This document shows, piece by piece, positions 10,453 to 21,026 of a stretch of DNA of 64,000 nucleotides. How positions within the stretch are numbered: position 1 is the first letter of the stretch; every line of letters begins with the position of its first letter. Made by a program: the position numbers and the translations under genes. The notes below the pieces were generated by a model. It was not told where the DNA came from, made no database searches, and saw only the letters and a program-made list of their open reading frames with translations. This DNA is from Naegleria gruberi (lineage: Eukaryota). The stretch lies in NCBI GenBank assembly GCA_000004985.1, contig GG738890.1; one strand, 5' to 3'.

Positions 10453-13400
10453 ATTTTAATTTTCTCTTAATTATTAATATTGTTTTGAAATATTTCGAAC
10501 TGACTTGCAAATTTGTAAATAATTATTTGGAAATGGATTTGGAGTGGAATTATTTCATCAATTAATGTACTTGGAATGAATTTAGGATAATTTGAAATTA
10601 TTGGAATTAATTTTAATTTTGGATACATGTAGAAATTAGATAATTTTTGGATCGTTGAATTATATTATATAACAGGTAAGATTTGTCTCCCTTATTTCAT
10701 TTTGTAAAATTATCTTATAGGATGGTTCTGAATAATTTAGTGAAAAGACAACTACTGTCTAAATGGGTTTAAAAAGTGGATGTCAATTGGCACTATCAGT
10801 GAATTAGCTATTAATATTTTATCCAAACTGGAATAATATTTAAGGTAAATCAACTTATTCAAGAGTGATGTCATTTCATTTTGAAATGAGTAATTTGTTA
10901 CTTTGGCTTCATAATCCTCATACAAGGTATTGTTATTGAGAGCTTACATATGATTGGAGAATATTACCAACAGTTCCAAGATCTTATTGAATGAGGAGTA
11001 TATTTGTAAAGAGAGTTTGACCATTATTAGCAATGGAATATTGTGTAATAATCAAGTTCGAATTCACTTTCGTCCAAGACGAATTTCTTAGTGACTAGTT
11101 CATTCACTTGCTATTCAGATTCAACTGGTTCGTTTTTTCAACATTAAAAAATTCCCAGTCGTCATCTCCACCTCCAACATTCTCTTCCTTTCATTTGAAC
11201 TGTTAGCACTTGATTTACAGAGATTGTATAGATAGGTTCGAAATCAGATTTGTTGGGACCATTCAAATGAGCAGATTTCATTAATTATAGAAGAAAGGTT
11301 CATGAATATTTGATTGAAAGGGACAGATAATATCTGCAAAATTATTCAACACTTATACCATTAATCGCTTATTTCGACAACCGAAAGATCAAAGAAGGTT
11401 CATAAATCCTTTCATGCAAAGAAAACATACACCCTTCCATTTACTTTGCATACTTGTTTCATCCATTGAAGAGGAAACTGTGACTTTGAAGTTGAAGAAG
11501 CGCACTTTAGAGCATTAAAAGTTGCTATGGACGAAAATTATCAAATCGAGTTATTCTGTGTAGATTCAACACTCCATTGATACCTCCTTTCCCCTCCAGT
11601 CCTTGTCGATGGATTTCAAAGTTTCCCAGCAAGTTTCACCAGATTATTCTTCAGTTTATCTCAACAAAAAACAATTCTCCAATCGAAGAAGGAATCAAGA
11701 TTGTTAGATAAACCTCTCTTCTCATTGGATAAGAATTTAGTTGAGAGCTACCAAGCAAATGAATCATTTTCTTTTCAATCTGAGTACCTTTTCCAAACTG
11801 AGTGAGTTTTTGAATGGAAATGAATGTGAATCTTTGAGCTTGAGTGAATTGGTAACTCACTTATTTGTTCTATCTTAATGAAAAGGCATTCACATAACGG
11901 TATTTCCTTCTCTAAATATTAAATCATATCTATGGAACTCTTTGAAACAGCTTGGCAAGAGTCACCACCAGCAGAAACACTACTCTGTAATTGTTTCCAA
12001 ATATGAACATTCCTAATTCAAAAATAATAATGCCAGTAGAATTTCCATAGAGACTCTTTGTTGCCTCATACAATTAGTCAAAAATCAAATATTCCAATTA
12101 ATTTTCAAATATAATATTGCATTCTTTAAATCTGATGATTGTAAAGCCTTATCTAGTTAACTTGCCAGTTATTGAGTATTGTCAAGCAGTGACTCTGATA
12201 ATTGATCATTTTGAATGCTGATTCTCTAATTGAACCCTGTTTTCTTTTAGCCCCTTGAACAAAAGTTTGAATCTTTGGAATGTATTCAACTTCAGTCAAG
12301 TTAGAAAAGACAGAAAGTACTGGAGAAGTATTTCGATGGTATTGGGAACTATTTCACAAAGCACAAAATTGAATCTTGACATTTATCAAACAAGTGCAAT
12401 CAGATCATCAAGATATTATGAAAGATGGGAAAGTTGTTAGTGGACAGTGGTTTCTCCAATATAAAAACAAGGCAGAATCTAATTGATAGAAAGTGATGAA
12501 GAATTGGGTCCATTTTGGATGAACATTTTGAAAGTTTTTGGAAGAATCGCCAATACCCAATAATTGATGCATATGAAAATTCTCTTAATAGATTACCTTG
12601 AAAGGTAGAATTAGATATGATAGTTGCTGTTTCATTGATTACATTTCTAACCTTTTTCAATGAAGTAACCAAAGGATCAGAAGTTCTATTAAGTCCAACA
12701 CAGAAAGCAATCCACAATTTGATTATTAACATTCATATTATAGTTGATAATATTCTAAAACAATATAACATACCTGAAACAAATCCATCAAACACGGAAT
12801 CTCCTCTGGCATGCCCAGAAAGAGGTTCTTCACCAAAGAGGACCCACGAGTATAATTCCAGCAATAAACTATCCAAATTTAATCATGAATTAAACAATTG
12901 ATCATCATCCAAGATATGAATTTTGATTTTATCCAATTCCAAACATGACACACTCACATTAAATCTTGTTTTCTAATCCAATTTCAGCAATATTAGAGTC
13001 TTTTTGTTGTGAATGTTGAGTAAACTCATTCAAATAAATACTTACCAAATTTACAATAAAGTTAATCTCTTCCACTAATTGGAGTGGTAAGAACAGGAAG
13101 TGATATCAATAATTCTTCGTGATGAAATATAAACTGTTAATATGTAATAAATCAAATGGACGAACACTAGCCAAACTGAAATTAGTATGAGTTAGTACTT
13201 GTTTGGAGTTTGATAGCAAGTTCTATTCAATTGATCGTCAAGTAAATTTTCTCCATAATTAATAATTCAATAAAGTGAAACAACTCTTGTTGATTACCTT
13301 ACTGATAATATGAAATTGTATAAGGATAATTGTATACAATTTATCAGTTGTGGTTTCATTCATTTCTAATTGTTGGATAAGATGAATCTTCTCTCAAATA

Positions 13401-13803
13401 AATGAGCATAATAATTATTTGATATTTAAAGATAGTGTCAATTACAATTATTAGAAATACCAACAACAAGATTAGATGATATTGAACTGTAAATTATTAA
13501 AAAGTCTAAAAAATTGTAATAAATCAGATATTATTGTTAGTATTTCTATAGTCTTTAAAACAAGTACAATAATTACATACTTTCCTTATAAAAATTTCCA
13601 TTAAATTTCGGACATTCATAACTAGTTTCATTATCGCAACTTCATATTTTAAATTTTAATATTATAATTAATATTAATTATATCATGATATATTGCTCCA
13701 ATTAAAAAACTACAATTATAATAGTAATAATTAATTGATTTTTGATGATGTAAAATTGACATGTTGAAAAGAGTGGTGCATTGTGATGATATTTTTTTTA
13801 TTG

Positions 13804-14118
13804 TTACAAGAATGAATCGTCATCAAACATGTCCAGTGAGGTTTGTGATTGATTGGGCTGTGAGGGAAAATCAAATAGCATTGAAGAAGTAACTTCACCA
13901 CAATCCAAAATTACAACATTGGGCTCAACAACTTTTGAATTCTTGTGTCGTACTTTTGGGGGAGGAATTATACAGTCTACACCTCGCTTAATACACCTAC
14001 TACATTTTGGTTTCAAGTGATCACACTTTTTATGAAGTTTGTTGCAATTAAGACAAGCCAATTCAGTTGTAATTGTGGTAGAATTCAATATCTTCTTCTT
14101 ATTGTATCTCTTTTTCAT
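13804..14118 (-). CDS. Small ORF encoding a Gal4-type Zn2Cys6 zinc-cluster motif plus acidic C-terminus
   Basis: ATG at 14116-14118. A basic stretch 'KKRYNKKK' is followed by 'CLNCNKLHKKCDHLKPKCSRCIKRGVDC', which has the C-x2-C-x6-C-x6-C-x2-C-x6-C spacing. The tail is acidic: 'DMFDDDSFL'. It could be one exon of a larger gene. Confidence 0.4.
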   Translation of the reverse strand: MKKRYNKKKILNSTTITTELACLNCNKLHKKCDHLKPKCSRCIKRGVDCIIPPPKVRHKNSKVVEPNVVILDCGEVTSSMLFDFPSQPNQSQTSLDMFDDDSFL

Positions 14119-15700
14119 TTTCTTTGGTTTTGTAATTTGCCCACATATCGAAATTCTTAATAGCCTGCTTTTTTGGATTGGTTAATGGTTGAAACTCATC
14201 TCTCTTTTTCTGACATTTATCCAAAATAACCATTGCACTTTCTGTTGGACTGCTTTTTAGCATTTCTTTTGATTCATTGTAAAACGAATCTACCATTGCT
14301 ATATATTTCTCACTCAGTGTTTTTTCCTCTCTTAACAAACCAATCCATGGCTTCTTATATTCAGTAGACATAAAAATACGTCTCCAAGGTAAAAGAACAC
14401 ACTCTGAAAATGAAGGTCTGTTGTTGGATGCTTGGTGATTAGATTTTCTTGTTGATATCAATCTTCCCAAAGCATGCATTCCTTCACACCCTTGATTCAT
14501 ATATCTTGCTAATGATCCAAACTTGTCCAGCAATTTGGGTAAATGTTCCAATATAATATGAACATAATAGCCAAATTCGAAATGAAAGGAGTCTTGATAC
14601 TCTTCTGCAATCTCTTTTAACATATTTTTCAAATGTTGTTTTCCTTCTTCAGTTGAATAGGTCCTTTCTAGTACCTGTGTTGGTGCTTCCATGTAATTAT
14701 AAATTACAGTTCTCATTAAAGTAAATAGCCTCACATGTTCTTTTGTAAACTCTTCATCTGATAATGTTTCAAAGAAAATTGATTCAAAATTTTTCAAAAT
14801 TATATCAGCTTGAGTTCCATTAATATAAGGAAGTTCAATTTCTAACTTTTCTTGCAATTGCTTGTTGGCACTTGTTTGTTTTTTAGATTCCTCTCTGAAC
14901 TTGAATTGAGAAAAAAAAGGGTATCTCTGTAATTCATTACATACTGCCTCAACACTGTCCTTTTTTAAAGGACCAAGTACTAACTTGAGTAGATTTTCAA
15001 CTATGCGTAACTTTGCATGTAATACATCCACTACCATAAAATCCAATAGAGTGTCATATTTTGCATGTTTGAGGAGTTTTTCTTGAAAGACAGGTTTTTC
15101 TTGCAAACACAAATGTCTGTTTTTGGCAGTAGCATTGCAGAATGGGCATACAAATGTTTCTCCCATCATTTTCCATAGGCCAGACATATCAGGACAAACA
15201 TATACCTTGATTTGAATTTTCTTTGTTGTTCCATTGTTAAAATCATATTCAAAACCTGATTTCGAGAGTTCATTAAGATCGGTAAATGTTTGGTTGAAAT
15301 ATTTAGAAATATCCACAGTTGTTTCCTTTCCGTGATACATATCTGTGAGGAAAGCATTGTTTCTACATTGGGTTGCCAATTTGGTGTTCAGAGGTACCAA
15401 AGCATGAATTACATCATTACCTGGTCTGCCATCCCAAAAACTTTTCAATTCTAATATATCAGATATTTCTCCTGTTACTTCTTTGATTAGGTCAACCATT
15501 AATTGAATAACACATTTCGTATCAACATGTACACAATTCTCTGAAAAGGATATATTTAATTTCTTGATAATTTCATCATTCAATTTGTATCTTTCATTCT
15601 TCAATTCATCCATTGTACATGTTATTCCATTTAAATGATGATAGCTATAAAATTCATAAAAGTGATTATCTGACATCAAGTGTTTGTCTGTGAAATACAC
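14099..15700 (-). CDS. Hypothetical 533-aa protein, Cys/His-containing, no confident family assignment
   Basis: Long ORF. The listed start is GTG, and the first ATG is about 8 codons downstream. It contains 'VCPFCNATAKNRHLC' and 'HIILEHLPKLLDKFGSLARYMNQGCEGMHALGRLI'. Codon usage (ctg, ctc, gtg, agg, cag) differs from neighbouring genes. Its 3' end overlaps the 13804..14118 ORF by 20 nt in a different frame. Confidence 0.4.
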   Translation of the reverse strand: MYFTDKHLMSDNHFYEFYSYHHLNGITCTMDELKNERYKLNDEIIKKLNISFSENCVHVDTKCVIQLMVDLIKEVTGEISDILELKSFWDGRPGNDVIHALVPLNTKLATQCRNNAFLTDMYHGKETTVDISKYFNQTFTDLNELSKSGFEYDFNNGTTKKIQIKVYVCPDMSGLWKMMGETFVCPFCNATAKNRHLCLQEKPVFQEKLLKHAKYDTLLDFMVVDVLHAKLRIVENLLKLVLGPLKKDSVEAVCNELQRYPFFSQFKFREESKKQTSANKQLQEKLEIELPYINGTQADIILKNFESIFFETLSDEEFTKEHVRLFTLMRTVIYNYMEAPTQVLERTYSTEEGKQHLKNMLKEIAEEYQDSFHFEFGYYVHIILEHLPKLLDKFGSLARYMNQGCEGMHALGRLISTRKSNHQASNNRPSFSECVLLPWRRIFMSTEYKKPWIGLLREEKTLSEKYIAMVDSFYNESKEMLKSSPTESAMVILDKCQKKRDEFQPLTNPKKQAIKNFDMWANYKTKENEKEIQ

Positions 15701-15705
15701 TGCAC

Positions 15706-16857
15706 CTAAGGGCTTAGATTTTCTTCCAATTCTGAAATTCCTATAGTTGAAAGATGATGATATAATTTCGTGAGATATCTTGGTCCTGTTGCTCCGTAAT
15801 TGGTTAATTTTTGAAAAAACTCGTCCTCATTTCTTTCATAATACCAATCCATATATGAATCTAAATTTTCACCATTAGCTTCTAAAATATCATTCAGTAG
15901 TTCAGTAATTCTCTCTCCTTTTTCATTACGTGATCTTGTTTCCAAATCTTTCATTGGTGTTGTGGATTTTCTGGTTGAGGTGGTTGTAATATGGAAGGAA
16001 TTACAGTTGTTACATTGTAAACCAGCACTCTTTTTAATTTCAATAATTGGTTTGTTTTTTGTTTTTCTACTTCTTTCATTCGAAACATCTTTTGGATTAA
16101 ATTCTTTTGACATTTCATTCACCTCATTTGAATTCTCAACCACTGTGTAGGTTTGACAATTTCTAATTTTTGTGTGTTTTTTGATTTCAGATTTGATTTT
16201 TTCGGTCTGAATTGAATTTCTCAATTGCTCATACAATTTTTCTCTCAACCATTCATGCACATCCTTTGAAATTGAACATCCTGCAGAAGTAAGGAATGAA
16301 TAAGCGGCTACTTTATCCATTATAGTGAATTTCGAATCATAAATAAGAAATGAGGGACTATTTGAGGATTGAATAGTTCTAGCCATATGACAATTTCTAT
16401 CCAATTCTTTCCTAAGATTATAATCCATCCCTAACATTGGTCCACAATTTGACAGGTCTGAATCATTGTGATTGGTAAAATCAATCATTCTAAATTTTGC
16501 AAATGTTTGAATTGGGAAAATTTTGTCAGTAGTGTTGGAGGGAAATGGTTGAAAAGAAGGTAAAATTCCATTATATACTAGACTCTGAAAGCTTGGCTGA
16601 TTTTGAGACGTATTGTATTGAGAAGAAATTTGAGAAGCCATTGGGGTACCATGTAATCCATCTTCTCCTTCATCATGCTGATCAGCTTCCATAATATCAT
16701 CACTGCCACCATTGCGTAACTCATCTCTACATTTACTGCAACAATATTTCTTCGTTTTTGGTGTTGAAGAATCGACTTCCGGTTTTAAATAAACCTTGAG
16801 AACGTATTTTGAACAAACAGAACATTGCTTTGAATGCTTCCTTTGTTTTATTGGCAT
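15706..16857 (-). CDS. Hypothetical 383-aa protein with N-terminal CxxC...CxxC zinc-ribbon-like motif
   Basis: ATG at 16855-16857. The N-terminus 'CSVCSKYVLKVYLKPEVDSSTPKTKKYCCSKCRDE' has a zinc-ribbon-like spacing. The stop lies 5 nt upstream of the next ORF, which is open in another frame for about 40 codons across the junction. Confidence 0.4.
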   Translation of the reverse strand: MPIKQRKHSKQCSVCSKYVLKVYLKPEVDSSTPKTKKYCCSKCRDELRNGGSDDIMEADQHDEGEDGLHGTPMASQISSQYNTSQNQPSFQSLVYNGILPSFQPFPSNTTDKIFPIQTFAKFRMIDFTNHNDSDLSNCGPMLGMDYNLRKELDRNCHMARTIQSSNSPSFLIYDSKFTIMDKVAAYSFLTSAGCSISKDVHEWLREKLYEQLRNSIQTEKIKSEIKKHTKIRNCQTYTVVENSNEVNEMSKEFNPKDVSNERSRKTKNKPIIEIKKSAGLQCNNCNSFHITTTSTRKSTTPMKDLETRSRNEKGERITELLNDILEANGENLDSYMDWYYERNEDEFFQKLTNYGATGPRYLTKLYHHLSTIGISELEENLSP

Positions 16858-17406
16858 TTGTTTTCTCTTAACTAGTGGAATTATTGAACTGTCACTGATC
16901 TAAATAAAAAACACTTGAAAAAAATGAAAAAAATTATCGACCTACTTTCTGACATACCACTTTGCAACAATTACAAGTCATTTATTTCGGCGTTTGGCTC
17001 GGGAAATCAATTATATTAATAATTAAAAACATGTGAATTTTTATAAAATTGAAACCGTGCTGAACCAAACACTGAAATAAGTGAGTAAATCATCACGTCC
17101 TATTTTGAATTATTTTTAGTATTAAATATTTATTTTATAAAATCCCGAAATAAATCTTTCAACAAATGATTTTTCATAAAATCCATCAATGGGTGTTTTA
17201 CTACCTAATTTCAAAATATCGCAATGTGAATACTTATAGTTTTTGAATAAATAATTTTTTTATTAGGTCACCCAATGTGACATTTTTACTTCGGCCGTTA
17301 GCAGCCGCCACTTTGGCAAACCAAATTGCACCAAAAAATGAGTTCCGACACTGCATTGGTTGTTAAATACTACTATTTAAATAGTCTATAATTATATTCA
17401 TTGTAT

Positions 17407-18510
17407 CTATTTACTTAAAGTTTTTAATAAAGAAGTTAATAAAGGATGTGAAATTGTTTTAATTCCATTTTCAAAATAACCATTATAAAATGATAAATAT
17501 CCTCCACGTTTTTTAATATCCTTAATGATATATATTAATGAATGATGATTTACTTCTATCTCTTCTTTACTATTATTATTACTACTCATATTATTATCAT
17601 TCATATTATTACCATTTATATCATTCATATTATTATTAATACTCATATCAAATGATTGAAATTGAATTCTTTTATGTATAGTTTCAATTGGATGTGTTAC
17701 TAATAATGGAATAAATGTTGATAAAGATGTAATTATTAAAGATTTAAATATTCCCTTTTTAATATTAATTAAATTATCATCTAAATATTTCTTTACAAAT
17801 TTATTTAAATAATAATAAATAGTTAAATCTAATAATTTAATTGATAAACCTGTAAAATTAATTGAATTATAAATATTTTTAGTAATATTAAATAATGAAA
17901 AATTATTCCAACAATTAATTAAATTTTCAAATAAAGATTTTGAATAAATTTTAGTTTTTGGTAAAATTAATAATTTTTCATTTTCAATTTTTAAATCTAA
18001 AATCATTTTTTCATTTTGTAAAGTATGAAATGGATATAATCCAATATTAATTAATAAATGTGATACAAAATAAGAATCAATTATTTTTCTATAAGGTGCT
18101 AATAATAAAAGTGATGAAATTCCTAAAAAGGCTTGAGGAATGAAAATATAAAAATTATAATCAATTCCTTTAAGAAATGCATAAATTCCATCACTTTTAA
18201 ATATTGTCCATATATTTAATGATTTTCCATATATTTGTTTATTTATCATAATAACTCCTATTGGATGTAATATTAATTTACTTGTTAATGAACATAATAA
18301 ATTCATAAATACTCTCTTATTTAATATTATAGAGAGAAATTCATCAGAGTTTTTTAAATGAATATCCGTTTGTTTTCTTATTCTTCTTTCAGGATGAGAA
18401 ATTTCATTTGATGATGTTGTTGTTGTTGTATTTGAATTTGTATTTGTAGTGTTATTATTATTAGTTTGACTGAATGGACCTGCAATTGGTCTCATATTAC
18501 TTTTAAACAT
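17407..18510 (-). CDS. Multi-pass membrane protein, possibly a highly divergent mitochondrial-carrier-like protein
   Basis: 367 aa with several hydrophobic segments. It has carrier-like motifs 'THPIETIHKRIQFQ' (P-x-E-x-x-x-K-R) and 'HPIGVIMINKQ', plus a poly-N/T N-terminus. The assignment is weak. Confidence 0.35.
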   Translation of the reverse strand: MFKSNMRPIAGPFSQTNNNNTTNTNSNTTTTTSSNEISHPERRIRKQTDIHLKNSDEFLSIILNKRVFMNLLCSLTSKLILHPIGVIMINKQIYGKSLNIWTIFKSDGIYAFLKGIDYNFYIFIPQAFLGISSLLLLAPYRKIIDSYFVSHLLINIGLYPFHTLQNEKMILDLKIENEKLLILPKTKIYSKSLFENLINCWNNFSLFNITKNIYNSINFTGLSIKLLDLTIYYYLNKFVKKYLDDNLINIKKGIFKSLIITSLSTFIPLLVTHPIETIHKRIQFQSFDMSINNNMNDINGNNMNDNNMSSNNNSKEEIEVNHHSLIYIIKDIKKRGGYLSFYNGYFENGIKTISHPLLTSLLKTLSK

Positions 18511-18708
18511 TTTTTTTTGAAAAAGGCTTTGAAATTAATATTAATGGCTTAAATATATTTATCTGAAAGAGATGAACCAATAACCAATATATTGGTTGAG
18601 GTGATGATAATTTTGATATATATATTATTATCAAGTATGTTGTTAATAATGGATCTTTCATTCATATTTTGTTGATAATATTTAATAATTAATAACAACC
18701 ATTAAAAA

Positions 18709-21025
18709 ATGAGTGGAGAACAAAACAAGGCTAATGATGAAGTAGAGAATACAACAACAACAATAATAACATCATCATCATCATCGGATCATAACAAGCA
18801 ACAACAACAACAATATGAAGAAATAACATGCATTGATAAAATTATAGAAACATTTCAAGATAAATGTAAACAATTTAAACAACATGTATTAAATTTGAAT
18901 ATAGCAAAACAATCATCAGAGGAAACTAAATCAATATTTATGGAAGGTTATCATAAATTATTAGAACTTCAATCACTTCAAATACAAATTAATATATTTC
19001 AAAAAAGAATGAATGATTTAAGAATTGAAAGAAAGAAGGAAATGGAACTTCCACTTTTAGAATGTAATAATTTATCATGTGAAGCTTCTTATTTTCAAAG
19101 AGATATTTCAATTTGTAAAAATTATTATTCAAGACATGTTGAAATTGATTTACCTTCTGAAGATGATGAATTTAAAAATAGAGATAAATCATCTACTATT
19201 TTATTAGAAATTGAAAAATTAAAACAATCATCATTGAATGGAATAGATTCTGAATTATTATTAAAAAAACAACATGAATTAATGATGAAAAGATTAACAT
19301 TTGAACTTGATGAAAGAGAAAAATTAGAAAAGGAAATTCTTGAAATTAAACAAGAACAAGAAAAGGCAAAACAAGAACAAGTTAATATTGAAAAATATAT
19401 TAATAATATTCCAAAGAATTTAGCTGCAATGAAAAAGACAATTCAACAATTTGAACCTGTTATTAATCCATCAAAACATCAACATACTGATTGGTTTACA
19501 AATGAAGAACTTGAATTAATGAATCAATTACCAACTCCTCTATTTATTTTATATAACAAATTAATGGAATATAAGAAAGTTTATGATGATTCAATTTTAA
19601 TATCTATAGTAGGTGATTCTGAAAGAGCTAAAACTATTTGGAATGATTCTGATTTAGATGAATCATCTTTTAATACTGTTAATAGTAATGGTAATAATAA
19701 TAGCAGTGGTGGAAGTGGTACTGGTAATAGTGGTACTAGTAATAGTGGAAGTGGTGCTGGTGCTGGTATAACACCATCATATATTGATGAATTAACAGGT
19801 GAACCAAAGAGAAAAAAGTTAAAACAAGTTGATAATAATAGTGAAATGTGTAGCATGTTTCCACTTGTTATTCAATTAAGAGTTCAACTTAAATTCTTTG
19901 GTAGGTTATTGTTTTTTAATTTATTATAATTTACATGTATTTTAATATCAACTTGATTTAATATCATCTCTTTTATCATGATATTATTATTATTATTATT
20001 ATTACTTCTACCACTACTACTATTCTATTACTACTAATTTCTTGTTATTATTATTAATAGAAAAAAATAAGAAATTATTAATTGAATTTGGATATCTTCA
20101 TAAAGCAAATATGGTAGTTGTAAATGAAGCAAGAACAGCAGCACTTGTTTTACCAACATTAATACAGGGAGATGATGGCAGTATTTCACCAAATGTTCAA
20201 TGTATGTCAGATTATGATTTTTCAACATTTGAAAGAGGAAGACCATATCGTTGGTTACAACAAATATGTGGATTAGAATTTATAAGTGCAAGAATATCAA
20301 GTAATATTTCATCTAAAGAAAATAGACCAGAAGAATCTAAAAATTATTCATTAAGTTATATTCTAAATTTATTTAAATACAAACAAAAAGCTAAAAGATA
20401 TTTGTTAAATCAATTAAAATCATTGGAATTGAATGAACCTTTAAAGAATGAATTTCCATCATGCCTTTCATTTGTACCTAAATTAGAATCATTTAAACAA
20501 ACTAATGTTACATATACTTCAATTACATTTTTAATTACAGTTAGAATTGACAAGTATTTATTTGAAAGTGAATTATTGGTAAATGTTGTGGATTATCCTT
20601 TAAAATCTCCACAATTTAAAAAATTAACTCAAATTCAACCAACAATTGAACAAACTATTCCAGAAGAATATCAAGATTTAATATGTCATGATAATTCAAT
20701 TGAAATTGTTAGAGAAGATTCTTCATGGTCAAATCCATTACTTTATCAAATAGAAAAAGATGTAAATTATTCATTTGTTTCAAAATTTAATCATAAGAAT
20801 CAATATCAACAATCACAAGATCCACAAAATATTGACCATTTTAATTTAATTTCAAATCAATTATTTAGATTAATGTCAAATTTAGCAGTTTTTGTTGAAT
20901 TGAAAAATCCAGAATCTAAAGCATTTGATACAAGGAAGTTCTTAATTGGTAAAAATCAAGATATTCCATTACAATATGATAGTAGAAATAATGTATTTAG
21001 ACATGTATTAGAAGAGGAAGAATAA
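18709..21025 (+). CDS. THO complex subunit 5 (THOC5/FMIP) homolog, 2 exons
   Basis: Exon 1 is 18709..19900 and exon 2 is 20061..21025. The phase-1 intron runs gtaggt...taatag. Conserved blocks are 'LPTPLFILYNKLMEY' (human 'LPPPLYVLFVQATAY') and 'MSDYDFSTFERGRPYRWLQQICGLEF' (human '[23 protein letters not shown]'). The N-terminal half is coiled-coil. Confidence 0.75.
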
Positions 21026-21026
21026 A

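Noticed and set aside
14099-16857. Search for reverse transcriptase (YxDD), integrase (HHCC/DDE) or Tc1/mariner DD34E signatures in the three tandem minus ORFs
   Set aside because: None was recognisable by eye. I therefore did not call a specific transposon family and left the block as unclassified.
17230-17300. Palindromic GTCACccaatGTGAC near the right edge of the atypical block
   Set aside because: It is short (5-nt arms) and isolated. It could be a factor site, but the evidence is too weak to report as a feature.
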